Part shown: in pieces, positions 13,396 through 25,469 of the stretch
Position numbering within the stretch: the first letter of the stretch is position 1
Layout: each line of letters begins with the position of its first letter
Position numbers and translations under genes: made by a program
DNA from: Camelus dromedarius
Taxonomy: Eukaryota
DNA length: 63,855 nucleotides
Assembly (NCBI RefSeq): GCF_036321535.1
Contig: NC_087444.1
Span: 46,748,146 to 46,812,000, forward strand
Reading direction: 5' to 3'
Notes under the pieces: generated by a model
Seen by the model: only the letters and a program-made list of their open reading frames with translations
The model's database searches: none
Told to the model about the DNA's origin: nothing

Positions 13396-15199
13396 TCCTT
13401 TGGCCTGGCTTTCGTCTGATTGTTTGTAGTTGCACCTTACTTAGCAAAAATTTAAAGGGAGAGCTTTAAAGTTAAAAAGCATAGTTAACGCTTAAAGCGT
13501 TCCTCAAACCCCTGAGTTATACTTCACCTGGCTTTCTGCTCGCTGTAAATCCCCTTGGACATATACAGTCAAGACAACAACTATACTCACTTTAGGTAAT
13601 GTTCAGAAGGGCTGTAATTCTATTTTAAACATAAGTACTGTCTGGGTGAGGCTTCTCTTCTGTAGGCAATGTAGTTCAATACCAGGGGTTTTCAATAGTA
13701 CAGCAATTCTAGACCTCGAAACATCGACAATTAAATACTTTCCTGGGAGGGCCAGAGCAGCGGGCCTCTCTGTTGTGGTAACGATGGCTCCACCACTCAC
13801 TTCCCTTTCCACTGCCTTCCACAGCCTCTTTCTAGGAACCTGCTAAATTCTCATCCCCAGATCAATTCTTAAATTGGCTCCCGAGCACATTTTATCTCGT
13901 GTACAGCACCTCACACCGTACTTGGTTTACAGCAGGCATACAAAATACACAAAAATGCTTCATGAATAAAATCCTTCTCTTTTCCGAATGCAGACACATG
14001 GGATGTGCCGTCAGCAGTCTCTGCAGAAGAGTGTGGGACTCTGTGAACGCCAATGTCACTGGCCAGAAACCGGGACACTCTGTCCACAGGAAGCTGGGAG
14101 AAAGCTTTAAACAGATCACTCTTAGCAATTAATGAGTGCAGAGCTTGTGACCTACCTACTGTTGGCACTGATTAGCATCACCAAGATGTTTCTTTGAAAA
14201 TGGAATAAACAAAGGAACACATATATCTACTCAATTAACAAGAAAAGTGCTGTCTTATTTTTACAGAAAAACTGCCAAGTAGCAGTGAAATGGTGTGCAA
14301 GAGTCACGTGTATATTTAGTATCAAAAAAAAGCACAATGTTCAGCGGCCAGATGGTGAAATGGATCACAATTTTTTTGCGAAGCACTTTCTCTAACATGT
14401 GATTCAGCTACATTCTCTAGACTAAGCATGCAGGCAGGAAAAAAATAATTTGCTTCCCATTCTGACATGTTCGGGGCAAAGGAAGCCCACTGCTTTCCTT
14501 AAGCTGACTACAAATAATTATTCCATGACAAACACGCCCTCAAAATTTTCTGCAACCGAGGAAAGCCACTAGGGATTTGTGTAAAATAAACAAAGGCCCT
14601 GAGTTTTACTATTTTTTTAATTTAGAAAAACAACTCGGGCCTGGACCTCAGACTGTACCTTTTCTTTAGTGCACTTTTCAAATGATAATTTCTTCCACTG
14701 TCACCATTAAATCTTAATCCATTCCAGCTCCTTGCATGGGTCATTGAGTCTATATGTTCGGGCTGTTATTTTAAAATGTTTCCCCTTGGTAGGGAAAGGG
14801 GGGGAGAAAAGATGTTGAGGGCCAGATGGGCCTCTTCACAGTTCATTTATCAAACCTAATACACTGGGCTCTACCCTCCTCTCACTCACGACTGCGGTTA
14901 AACTTCCATATAATTTGGTAATCATTTTCATTATCAGAGAGTGACCCGAAAGCAGCCTATCCTGGGACACCCAGCCCTCTGCAGCTGCTCTTTTTCTGCC
15001 TTTCCCTACAGTAGGCCCTAAGAACCTTCGAGTTTATTAGCTGCAGACTGACCTTTGGGCCGCAGAGGTCGAGCAGGGGTCAGATCAGAGGGCTTGCCCA
15101 GTTCTTTAAAAGCTATAACAAGCTGTCCATCAGGCAGAGTGGACTGTATAAACAAAGCCAAATCTTCAGAAATTCTGTACCACTTCTGTTAACACTTAC

Positions 15200-15425
15200 C
15201 CTGCATTCACACGGCTTCTCCCGATGTACTTTGGNNNNNNNNNNNNNNNNNNNNNNNNNNNNNNNNNNNNNNNNNNNNNNNNNNNNNNNNNNNNNNNNNN
15301 NNNNNNNNNNNNNNNNNNNNNNNNNNNNNNNNNNNNNNNNNNNNNNNNNNNNNNNNNNNNNNNNNNNNNNNNNNNNNNNNNNNNNNNNNNNNNNNNNNNN
15401 NNNNNNTGACACTTTCCTCCAAAAG
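15200..15425 (-). other. Candidate internal exon, 226 nt, core hidden by N-run
   Basis: Minus acceptor ttccctgtaatttag|CTTTTGGAGG and donor GCAGG|gtaagt bracket N-run 15235-15406. Visible open readings: xFGGKC...PKYIGRSRVNAG or FWRKVS...KVHREKPCECR. Confidence 0.45.
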
Positions 15426-15529
15426 CTAAATTACAGGGAACATATGCTTTCAGTTTAAGAGACTTCAGTGAGTCCCAAACAATGGCTCGGCTCCTGGCCT
15501 GAGAGAGAGAGACAAATATTTTAAAAACC

Positions 15530-16110
15530 AAGTTACAAGTTTCGCTTAATATATTCTCCCTAACATCATTAACATAAACGAACCTCCTGGAAGGCGGGGG
15601 GGGGGGGGCTTTATCACAACAGACTTCTGCCGAAGTTACCGCCAGCTGCGGGGGTCTCAGGCGACCTCAATTTCTCGAAGTTGAACTCTTCCCAACACGT
15701 TCTCAAACGTGCAATATAAGGTAATTAGAGTCATCTGTATTTAACTTGCAGAGGAAAAAAAAATGTCTATTATCTAATCTAACTGATCCCCTGATAGCTT
15801 TGATGAAAGTAAAATACTGTAGTCCATTGCTTGGCCTTCGGCGAGCGCTAATTATTAGCTGTCAAAGCACATTTTGCCTCGTGTAATTCCAAAGCACACA
15901 ATGGGCCCAGCTCTGAAAACACAGGCCGCTGGGCGAGCGCGGCACTGGATGCTTTGTAACTTTCACCACCACGCGCCTGATGGCTACGCGGGGCGAGGCC
16001 CAATTCCAGACGGCCAGATGAAGCTTTGATGAGGAAAAAGAAAGGTGTATGGTAACCGTCTGTTTATACAGATCATATGGATGAGTCTTTCAGATCGGTC
16101 ACCAGGATGG
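15530..16110. promoter_or_regulatory. CpG-rich putative enhancer with paired TCF/LEF sites
   Basis: Repeat-free and locally CpG-dense; AGCTTTGATGA at 15796-15806 and 16022-16032; GGCGAGCGC twice; TAATTA homeodomain cores. Confidence 0.5.
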
Positions 16111-16968
16111 GAAACATCAGATGGGGGTGGAGAAGGGGTGGGGGCAAGGATTACGGTTATTTAATACTCTGAGGACACTTTTCCCTTCTGAGTTCTCAAG
16201 CCACCACCCCCTTGAAATTTTCTTTCAGGTGTTTAGTTTTAAGGGGGTCTGCATCGTGTCAGCTGCTAAGCCCTTTCTTTCCTCCTCCCCTACCACAAAG
16301 GGCTTGGGAAGTTTCGTTTCAGATGCTAGACTACATCAACTTCAGCACTGGCTCCAGCTCCTGATTAAATTGTTAGCAGTTAAGGGCCAGAAATGCTGAA
16401 ACCAGACTCCTTTGAAACAGGCCGTTTTGGCCATGCTGTCTGATGAGTCGGTGTATTAGGAAGTTATTGTTAACAAACCAAATGCACTGCCCAGAAGACG
16501 TCCATTCTCGTCATCTCGTCTCTGAGCTGCGCTGTCTTTGGAGGGGCTAGGGGGATGGGAGGGAGTTTGCAAGGGAATTTTTCCCTTCTTTCTTTCTCTC
16601 TCCCTTTCCTGTTTAATAAGAATCACCAGGGGAAACGATATAAAAGGTCAAACAGAGAGAGAGAAACCTCCTAGGTGCCCTCTCATGGATATTCCATGAT
16701 TTAATAAAATATGCATACTTTAATGAATATACAGACTTAAATTGTAATACAAAGAAAATTTAAACATTAATTATTGAAACTTAGATTGAAAATCATTTCA
16801 TTACTGTCACTGAAGCTGTCATTTACTCTGACCACACTGCAAAATAGGGAAGAAGGGGAGAATGTCACTGAGGATTTTAAAATTATGATTTCAATCCAAG
16901 TCTGAATATAGGGATAATGCACAAATTTTAAAAAGCAGCTTTCTGATATCCAATCAGAATGGATTGTT

Positions 16969-17060
16969 TGGTATAGCTCAGCTCGGTGGTAGAGTGCATG
17001 CCTAGCATGCACGAGGTCCTGGGCTCAATCCCTAGTAACGCCATTAAAAAAAAAAAAAAA
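16969..17060 (+). mobile_element. Vic-1-like camelid tRNA-derived SINE with polyA and TSD
   Basis: gtatagctcag..gtggtagagtgcatgcctagcatgcacgaggtcctgggctcaatccc (A/B boxes), A-tail, 13-nt TSD agaatggattgtt (16956-16968) / agaatggatagtt (17061-17073). Confidence 0.85.
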
Positions 17061-19699
17061 AGAATGGATAGTTCATACTCTTAATTGTCTCCTTTCTTGG
17101 AAAATGCTCATCTTCAGCCTTGTTCAGAAAAATCTATTTTTATGATAATTGTTACTAGTAAAGCCATCAATTATTGTAAATCCTGTTGCATGAACTCATT
17201 TGGAGAATATTATGGCTATCAATAAATGTTCTTGACTCCCAGGCACACAGAATTTTTAAGTATCAAATGAGACTCTGACACAAAATCTAGCATAATTTTC
17301 CTGATTCCTCTCCCTCTTGCTTAGAGACAGATGGTAATTCAACAACACAAATTACACATCTAAAGCCTCCAACCCATTGACTGTTTTTCAAAGAAGAGCA
17401 GGATAACACGTTATTTAGCATGCAAGCATCAATTCAGTAAAACTGATGATTTGTGGAAACTTTCTGCCAGTAACAGCCTTCTAACCACAGGTAAGTCCAT
17501 GTGCAAAGAAACTAGGTTGAAGCCAAAGTCATTTCTACTTGGTCAATTCTAAAAATGGGCTTGATGAAGAGTCTACCTGCAAGCGATCTGCCTCCCAAGG
17601 GATGTAGGAGCACTATGTGGATTTCCCAGACATCTGCCCTGACTCAACAGCAATGCTGCTCTTTTAGACTGTTGATTAAAAGGGTTCTTCAGCATCAGGG
17701 ACTTATATTACATTATGCTCAAGACGCAAACATTTATGCTAAATGTTACACTCAGGGATAAATCACATACGCATACAGATGACATCATGCATCACGACAG
17801 AATGTAGGTACCGTGTGCCGCAAACCTAACTTCGGCTGAAAGCATCTGTAACTTGCTTCTTTTCCATGGCGCCTCACACGAGAGGGATGAGACCAGCCCT
17901 CAGGAAGGGCTTTAGCCAAAGAAAGCTCTTATTTTCCAGGGACCACACATCCCGTTCTGTAACGAACTAACCTGGCGTGCCATTCCCTCCTCAGGTTCTG
18001 GCGGGTGGTGAGCACAGCGAGAATGGCGGTCAAGATTTTGTTCCTTTGTTCCACTGGGGCCCCCTCTCTTCTAACTTCATGAAGCACAGCATTTGTCTAG
18101 AAGAAATGATGCCCAAAAAGAGAAAGAAGAAGTGAAAAATTAATAATGAAAAAAAAAAAGCCCATAAGCAAATAAGGACAGTAAATCAATGGCTTTTTTA
18201 TTATAGTTCCCCTGCTAACAAATCAATACAGTAAATGATGGTCAAAAATGGCCAGCATATATTTTGTATTTAATCAATGTACATGGCACATAAGGGAAAC
18301 TCTAAAGCTCCATTGCCTTGAGTAACACATCAAGATACTGCGCATTCTCGCTCTAATTTTCTCAGTGCACAGACTTTTTTTTTTTCTCCCTGGGAACTGC
18401 CTACCATGAGCTATTAATAGAAATGATTTTCACGTCCACTTCACTATGAGTTGTTTGTTTGGCCTTTTAAAACAGAGCAGTCCCTGGCTTTCCCTCTGTC
18501 TGTTTCCCGCCGCCCAGCTGAGGCTTACTACACTGCCTCTTCTTATTTGAATCATTAATTTCTACTTCCAGCCATGCCGGGCATTTTTCTTTTTCTTCGT
18601 CTTTTTTTTTTTTTTTTTTTGCTTTTGCTTCCCTCATTTTCCTTGCTTGTTGCAAATCAAAAGCTTGCAAAGAAAGGAACATTAAGAGCACAAAAATCAA
18701 ATAGTATATCTCCATGAGTATCTTTCCAGCTTTGAAGATCCACTACATATTTCAAATAATAGGTCCAAGGATTCTAATGCACAGCAGACTGAGGGTTTGG
18801 GGGAAGAATCGTTTATCCTATGGTTATGGCTATAGTCTTAAAAAAAAAAAAAAAACTACAACAACACCCAGGCTTCTCCCTAGCATTTGGGAAGGTCACA
18901 CGCTGCTTTTCAGAAGCAGTTGAAACGCAAGCACGTCAAACCCTGCTCTCTCTAACAAGTAGCATTACATCATAGCTCAAATTTGAAACTGTCATTTCAA
19001 CTTTATCTACCACCACTCACCCCTGTAGGCTCTTTTTATATGTATTTTAAACATGCCAATTTATGTAACACTAGAAAAACAATTAAGAAAACAATGGAAG
19101 GTATTCTACTGGTTGAAATTTGAGGGAGCAGATGCCTTTCAAGTTTTAATCACAGAACCTTTCATCACAAGTATTTATCTTCCTACAACTGCAGCAGAAA
19201 CCTCTAGGATTTGTAAATGTTTTTCATTTAAAGTTAGCGGGGCTTCTTTGGAGATGTTATAACCAAAACAATTGCTAAAAGGGATAAAATTGCCACTTTC
19301 TCTGTTCTGATCACTCAGAGTCTTTCTCATTTAACTGATGTCAATACCTGCGTTTACTTGAGGAGCACACTCAAAATTTGATTCTCATTTATCCTGAACT
19401 ACTACTTATTTGCCCCCTATAACATTTTACAGTGCATGTTTAATATCTTCACGACACCCCGAGAAGAAGCGTGGTGACCATTTGCTGTTCTTGTTGCCTT
19501 CCATACATACCCAGTCCCCCTTTCCTGTAATAGCACCCAGATCTCCTGCTGGGAAGTCTTTTATTGTATGTGAGCTTATAGAAGCTGTCAACCAAAGTGT
19601 TCTGCTCGCCCCTATCAACAATGTAGGCCAACTTGATCCTCTTTTCGAGGACACTTAAGAATGACAAAGAAAGGGAAAAAATGTGGAGGCAACTAATCT

Positions 19700-19883
19700 A
19701 TTTCCTTAGTTCTTACTACCCATGGTCCTCAAAGTATTCCTGGTTTCCTGAACTTTCTGAGTCCACATCACTCTTTCTTCTGATATCTTGGGTTACCCAA
19801 TATCCATTCAACAAAGTCCCGTTTTGTTTACATTCATCAGAATCTGCTTCTGTTGCTTACAATCAAACACCTTAACTGATACA
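19700..19883 (+). mobile_element. ERVL/MaLR-type LTR 3' end
   Basis: Terminal ...ctgcttctgttgcttacaatcaaacaccttaactgataca resembles MLT1/LTR16-class LTR ends. Confidence 0.55.
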
Positions 19884-21168
19884 AACAGATAAAACAGGAA
19901 ATAGCATCTTCACCATAGAGGATCCAACATAAACCTGACTAGCATCAGCCAGGAAAAGGACCCTGCTCCCTGCCTCCTCGGCCCAGAATTACAGCTACTA
20001 TACTGGTGATCTACCCAGCTGGACACTCAAGGAGCTTCTGGGGCAACAACATTTTCGGCCCTCCAGCACAGGGCAGAATGCTGGGTTTCTCCAGGCAATT
20101 CTACTGCATGAAGCCCAAGCTCCATATGGCTAAAGCAGGCGTTGCAGATTCAGATACCCACGAGGGCCAGGAAGGTAACATGAATGAGTTAAGCCAGGTT
20201 ACCGGAAGAGAGCACATGCTCTGTCTATAAAGACAGCCGCTATTCAGCACCAGCCAACTCGGCCATTCAGGAAAGCAGTTTCGGTGGTGCCAGATTCGTG
20301 AATTTTCAAAATAAACAAGAAATCTGTTTCGTTTTTTTTTTAATGTGAAGACTGCTGATTTTAAAATGTTGGAAACTAATTTTTAAAAAATTTATTTTAA
20401 GTACCACGTGGGCCAAACAAGAAACAACGATGGCTAAACAGATCTCGGGCAGCTGCCAATCTGTGACCCCTAGCATGAAAGATGTCTAATTTCAGAGAGG
20501 TCCTGGCATCAATGGGTGTTCTAACAACAGCACTGCTCCTTGTCTGTGATTCTCTACTTCATGTACTTAAAGTTGGAAGGAACCTCAAAAAGTCATATAG
20601 TTTATCACTATGTCTACAGGTACATTTTACCAAAAATGCTTCAAATAGAAAACAAAGTATACACCCAGATGGCTCCAAAGACAGGAGGAAAATAAAATTA
20701 TTTTTATTGGCCATTTAACACATTGGACTGTGTTAAAATCACTTTTTTAAAGAAGTCATGTATCTCTTCTTTGCCTTTGCATCATTTAAATTTGATCCAG
20801 AAGCCCTTGTTTCCGGTGGATTCTGAACAGCCTCTAAGGGGGGGAGAGAAGGAAGGATGTAAGAAAGGGGGTCTCAGGAGGGCAGGGAACTGCATCTGTT
20901 TAGTTCACCACTGTATCCCTGCTGCTCGCCTAATGACTTTTAATAAATATTTGTCAAATAGGTAATAAAAACAGGAACTCAAAAAACAAACATTGCAAAA
21001 ACAAAGAGCAAAGGAAGACTGTCTCCTTTTAAGAAATTACTTTTATATAGACTTAAAACTTAAAAAATAGGTAAACTAAGAATTAGTGATGTGCTCTACC
21101 AAGGAGCTCTCTTCACTTCACAAAAGGATTCACTTGCAGGCCTATTTAAATAACTAGCTCCCTTAGTT

Positions 21169-21637
21169 CAGAGTTTCCCAAACTGTAGTCATTCTAGCAC
21201 AGTCTCATAATTCCTGCTGTATTTGTGTATAAGTTATGTAATATTTAATATTTTTATTTAAATTGACCTGTATCATAAAATATAAAATGAATTCCCTTCA
21301 AAATAAAAATGAAAAGCCAGTGCTACTTGTCATAAATGAGAAGATAATCATAAAAATAATATATTAAAAACAAAGTTATGTGTTTATTTCATTCAAGATG
21401 GATACTGTTGCTTGCTGAAGGCTCTGAGACTAAAGCCTGCTTCCTCTTTGTAAAAGAGGCCATTAACAAGTGTAGGAGAATGTTAGAGACACAATCACAG
21501 GGATACAGGGGTTGAAAAGGAGCAGAAGGGGAACTCACTTTCTCCGCGTGGTCCTCACTATGTGCAGAGACCTGGAGCACCACCTAGCATCACCCTGGGT
21601 AACACCGTGGTTCACACCCCACACTCTGGGTGCCCCG
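21169..21637 (+). mobile_element. hAT-Charlie non-autonomous DNA transposon (Charlie4-like)
   Basis: Begins cagagtttcccaaactgtagtcatt; internal gatactgttgcttgctgaaggctctgag; ends caccacctagcatc...gtggttcacaccccacactctggg. Confidence 0.65.
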
Positions 21638-21869
21638 CCCTACTGCAATGGTTTTCCAACACTTCACAGATAAACCTCTTTTCTCTTGAAACATATTCTT
21701 ATGTGAAACTCAAGATATGAAACAAACTGGAGCAGTTCTCTTTGAAGCTTTGAAGGTATGTTAGACCTGAAGGTTCTCCCTTTGTCCCAGGGCATCTCTT
21801 CAAAACCCCAAGGAACATTTGCCAACCTCAAGCCAATGGTGTCTAAGATGGCACTCAAGTTTTTAAACG

Positions 21870-22455
21870 TTTATACATTGCTGGTGGGAACGCAAAAGAG
21901 TGACATTCTGGTAAAAATTCTGGCAGTTTCTTATAAAGTTACATACATACACTTAATATATCACCAGCAATCTCATTTGTAGCGATTTACCTATAGAAAT
22001 AAAAACTTATGTTCACACAGAAACATGCAGACAGATGTTGACAACAGCTTTATTTGTAACTGCCAAAAATGGGAAATAACCTAAATGTCCTTCAAAAGGT
22101 AAATGGATAAATACCATGATACATCCATACAGAGGAATACTGCTCAACAAATAAAAAAGATGGGTACTTGATACAGGCAGCCACTTGGATGAATCTCAAA
22201 CTCATCACGCTGAGTGAAAGAGGCTTGTCTCCAAAGAATAAACACTGACTGATTCCATTTATTTGACATTCTGAAAAAGGCAAATTTTAGGGACAGAGAG
22301 CAAACCAGTGAGGGAATTTCTGGAATGACGGGACCATTCTGTCTCCTGATTGTGGTGGTGGTTATAGGAGTTTATACACACATTAAAAATCATAGAATTG
22401 TATATCCCCAAAGTCGATCTCATCGCACGGAAGTTTTATACGATTTAATTTTTAA
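21870..22455 (+). mobile_element. Old L1 3' end (L1MC/MD-like)
   Basis: cattgctggtgggaacgcaaaa ... aacctaaatgtccttcaaaaggtaaatggataaa ... ctgtctcctgattgtggtggtggttata. Confidence 0.85.
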
Positions 22456-23469
22456 AGTTCATTTCTATCACATTTTTAGGACAAGAGAAAATGCAGGGAA
22501 CAAGACAGCATATAAATACACCTGAAAGATTAAGACACTAGTAAAAATACAGAGAAACATATCTGGATTATAAAACAGATTCTGTTACAAAAAAAAATTT
22601 TTTTAAGATATTGGGAAAGGATGGGTGAACTTAGCTTGAGCATTCAGACCCTAAAATACAGTATTTCATAAAATTTCGGGTGGAAATAAGTCCTTGCACA
22701 GAAGGAAATTTCAGAGTGCCAAAGAGCATTCTTCTTACAAAAATGAACAGTGATACTTTTCACCTTGTAAGTGTTGGCTCCGCAGGGGTGGACTTTACAC
22801 AGGAGATGTTAATAGCCCATTTTCCCATCAGTAGTAATGTAGAACCGTCTTCAAACAAGTACCAATTTTTCAACAGTCTCTTATTACCAAAAACACATTC
22901 TCCGTATCTGCTTCCCAAAATACAGGAGAAGTAAACCACAGGTTTAGGAACCATGCTCTGGAGGTTAAATTTCATGTCATTAGTGATTCTCTTTGAAGAG
23001 AAATCTATGGAAATGCTGGCCTATCAGGAAAAGACTAAGAATATTCCTAAGAGTGCTGGCTGCTCAAATCCCAGCTGTCACCGCCTAGCTGTGGGCCTTC
23101 TTCACAACTGCAGAATGGAGAGGAACCTCCCTGGGGGCCTGGGGAGGACCAGCTGCCCAGGTACCATGCTACTGTGATTTCATCTTAAACGCACCCATCG
23201 ACCTTGTGCTAAGTTGTGCTATTTTAACAAGAGGATTCCTACAAGTATCTATAACTTGAAATGAAAGATTTCAAAAGGAAATCAGGCAACTACTGAACAG
23301 TCACAACCATGAGGAGCTTCTACCAGAAGCCAGAGGCATCTTCTTTTGCATATTCTCAGCGCGAGCAAATGTTTATCCTTTGAGGGTGGGTTTTATTTTT
23401 AGAATCAGTCATGCTTTTATTGGACTTCTCTCCATTAGTAGACCCTTCCCTCTAGGCCCCCACCCAATA

Positions 23470-24730
23470 CCTGTCCTGTCCTGCTTAGCCTCCTCTCATT
23501 CTGAGATCCTCAACTGTGGTGAGCCCAGAGCTCTGCCCTCAGTATCCCTCTCATGTCTCCTGCTTGCTCCCTCTGTAGGTGACCTCCCCTCCAACCTCCC
23601 CTTACAGTCCCTATAGGCTAATGGCTTCAAGCAGACATCTACCTCCAAACAGACCTCTCTGTTGAGCTCCAGCCCCAGAGAGCCCGCAACTGGCTCTCTC
23701 TCCTTCAACGCACACCTCAGACATGGCACCTCAACCTCAACGTGTCCACATCTGAACTACAATTTTTGCTCGCCACTGTCTTTCCTCTTCATCAACATGC
23801 TTCTCCTCCTGTATTTCCCTAGAACGGACAATGATACCACTGTCAACGCCATCACCAAACGAGATATCCACGAATCACCCTCGTCTCCTCCCTTTCCTTT
23901 CTCTGCACTCCCTACCCTTGAACATTACCTCCTGTCACTCCTCTCTGTTCAGTCTCACTCCGATTAATTTATTCTCCACTGCCATAGGCTTAGTCCAGGC
24001 CATCTCTCATCTGGGCCGTGAAATGGTGCCCAAAGAGCGTCTCTCGGTCAATCTTGCCCCTTTCATGAATTTTCCTCCTAAAGGAGGGGTATATCAAGGC
24101 CAAAGGAACTCAAGAGCTTTAGCCTCCAAGACCCACCTAAACCAGAGCAGCTCTGTTCATGCATCCTTCAGCTACTGGCATTTGAGAGATACAAAACAAC
24201 ATATATTTTTTAAAGCCCACATTCCTTAACCTGAAAAAAAAGCAAAAGCAAAAAAAAAAATAATAAAAAATAAAACCCCACCTCATTTTAATATAGGCCC
24301 CACTTACTTCTCAAGTCTTAGCTCCTTCTGTCTTCTATTCCATATAAAGTAAGTGCAATTCTCTGAAAATACATGCCTATTCTATACTACACATTCACCT
24401 GTATCTGGTTGTATAACTTACCAGTAACTACTAATTCTTCAAGACACATCTCAAATAACACCTCCTCTGTGAAGTCCTCCATGAACCACATCCTTCCACC
24501 AAATCAAGCAGAGTGGATCACCCCTTCTTATGCGCCGCCTCTGAGCATCTCACAAACCACGTCTTATTCCATTGCAAATATGTATTCACAGGACGTTTCC
24601 TCCTCCGGACTGTGAGCGCTATTACAGCAGGAAGGGTCTCTACCCCTTTTTTCTTCATATTCTCCAAGGTGCCTGGTTAGGTGCCATGTCATGAAAGTAG
24701 ACTCCTGACAGATGCAGGTTGAACAAAAGA
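23470..24730 (+). mobile_element. L2 (two pieces, ~23470-24020 and ~24430-24730)
   Basis: Pyrimidine-rich L2 ORF2 remnant (ctcaacctcaacgtgtccacatctgaac; tagtccaggccatc) and 3' part (ctcctctgtgaagtcctcc; ggactgtgagc). Confidence 0.7.
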
Positions 24731-25331
24731 AGCCAATGACACGTCAGGGCATGTCTCGTGAATGAGATGAACAGAGTACTATTCAGGATCAAAACTATAT
24801 GCGAAACAAGCTTTGGTTTGATTCAAACTATTCACGAAGATAATTCTAAGAAAAAAGTTATAAAACCTATGTTTAAACAACAGCCATCAAGAAAAACAAG
24901 TACATGTAATCCCTAGGTGACTACCTAGAAGGGCCGTATTTATTTGGATAGCTGTACCAAAAAAACACATGCTTTTACTACATTATGACCACATTTAACT
25001 CACGCGCACCCTCCCAATAAGCTAAAAGAAGTCTCACTCTCTCCATGTCCGTGGAGAAAACTACTCTGGTAACCCATAGAGTTCTAAGGACCTCCAAGAA
25101 TTCCGCAGTGGCTTTAGCTGCTCCTGGCTGAAAACTTTACACATAAAAGATTAAGTAAAAAATCCACACCCAGAGAGAGAGAGATTAACTGACTGACTGA
25201 TGGAGAATGAGAAAAGAAAAACCAAAACTGTAAGGCTCTAAGAAGCCTTGAATTTTAGGCTTAAGTTTCACATCTTTCCGGGAAAAAGTCTCCCAATTCT
25301 GAATTTATTCAGTTAAAACTGAGCAACTCAC

Positions 25332-25469
25332 CTGATTCTTGTTGGCTATATTCTCACACTCAGTAACTTTTAGTCCGTCCTGGCTATAGGATAGCACGAG
25401 GGAAGGACTGTGGACATACGTGCAATATGCAGAATTGGCCGCATATAAGGGTTTCAGACAGGAACCACT
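25332..25469 (-). other. Candidate cassette exon, 138 nt, phase 0-0 frame open
   Basis: Acceptor ttctccttttaactcccag|AGTGG, donor AATCAG|gtgagt. Frame 0 reads SGSCLKPLYAANSAYCTYVHSPSLVLSYSQDGLKVTECENIANKNQ (no recognised homologue); the other frames have stops. Confidence 0.33.

Noticed and set aside
15200-15234. KVHREKPCEC read as a C2H2 zinc-finger linker
   Set aside because: Only loosely resembles HTGEKPYxC; the preceding residues are masked and no following finger is visible.
16969-17045. Functional tRNA gene
   Set aside because: PolyA tail, TSD and an altered D-arm show it is a retroposed SINE.
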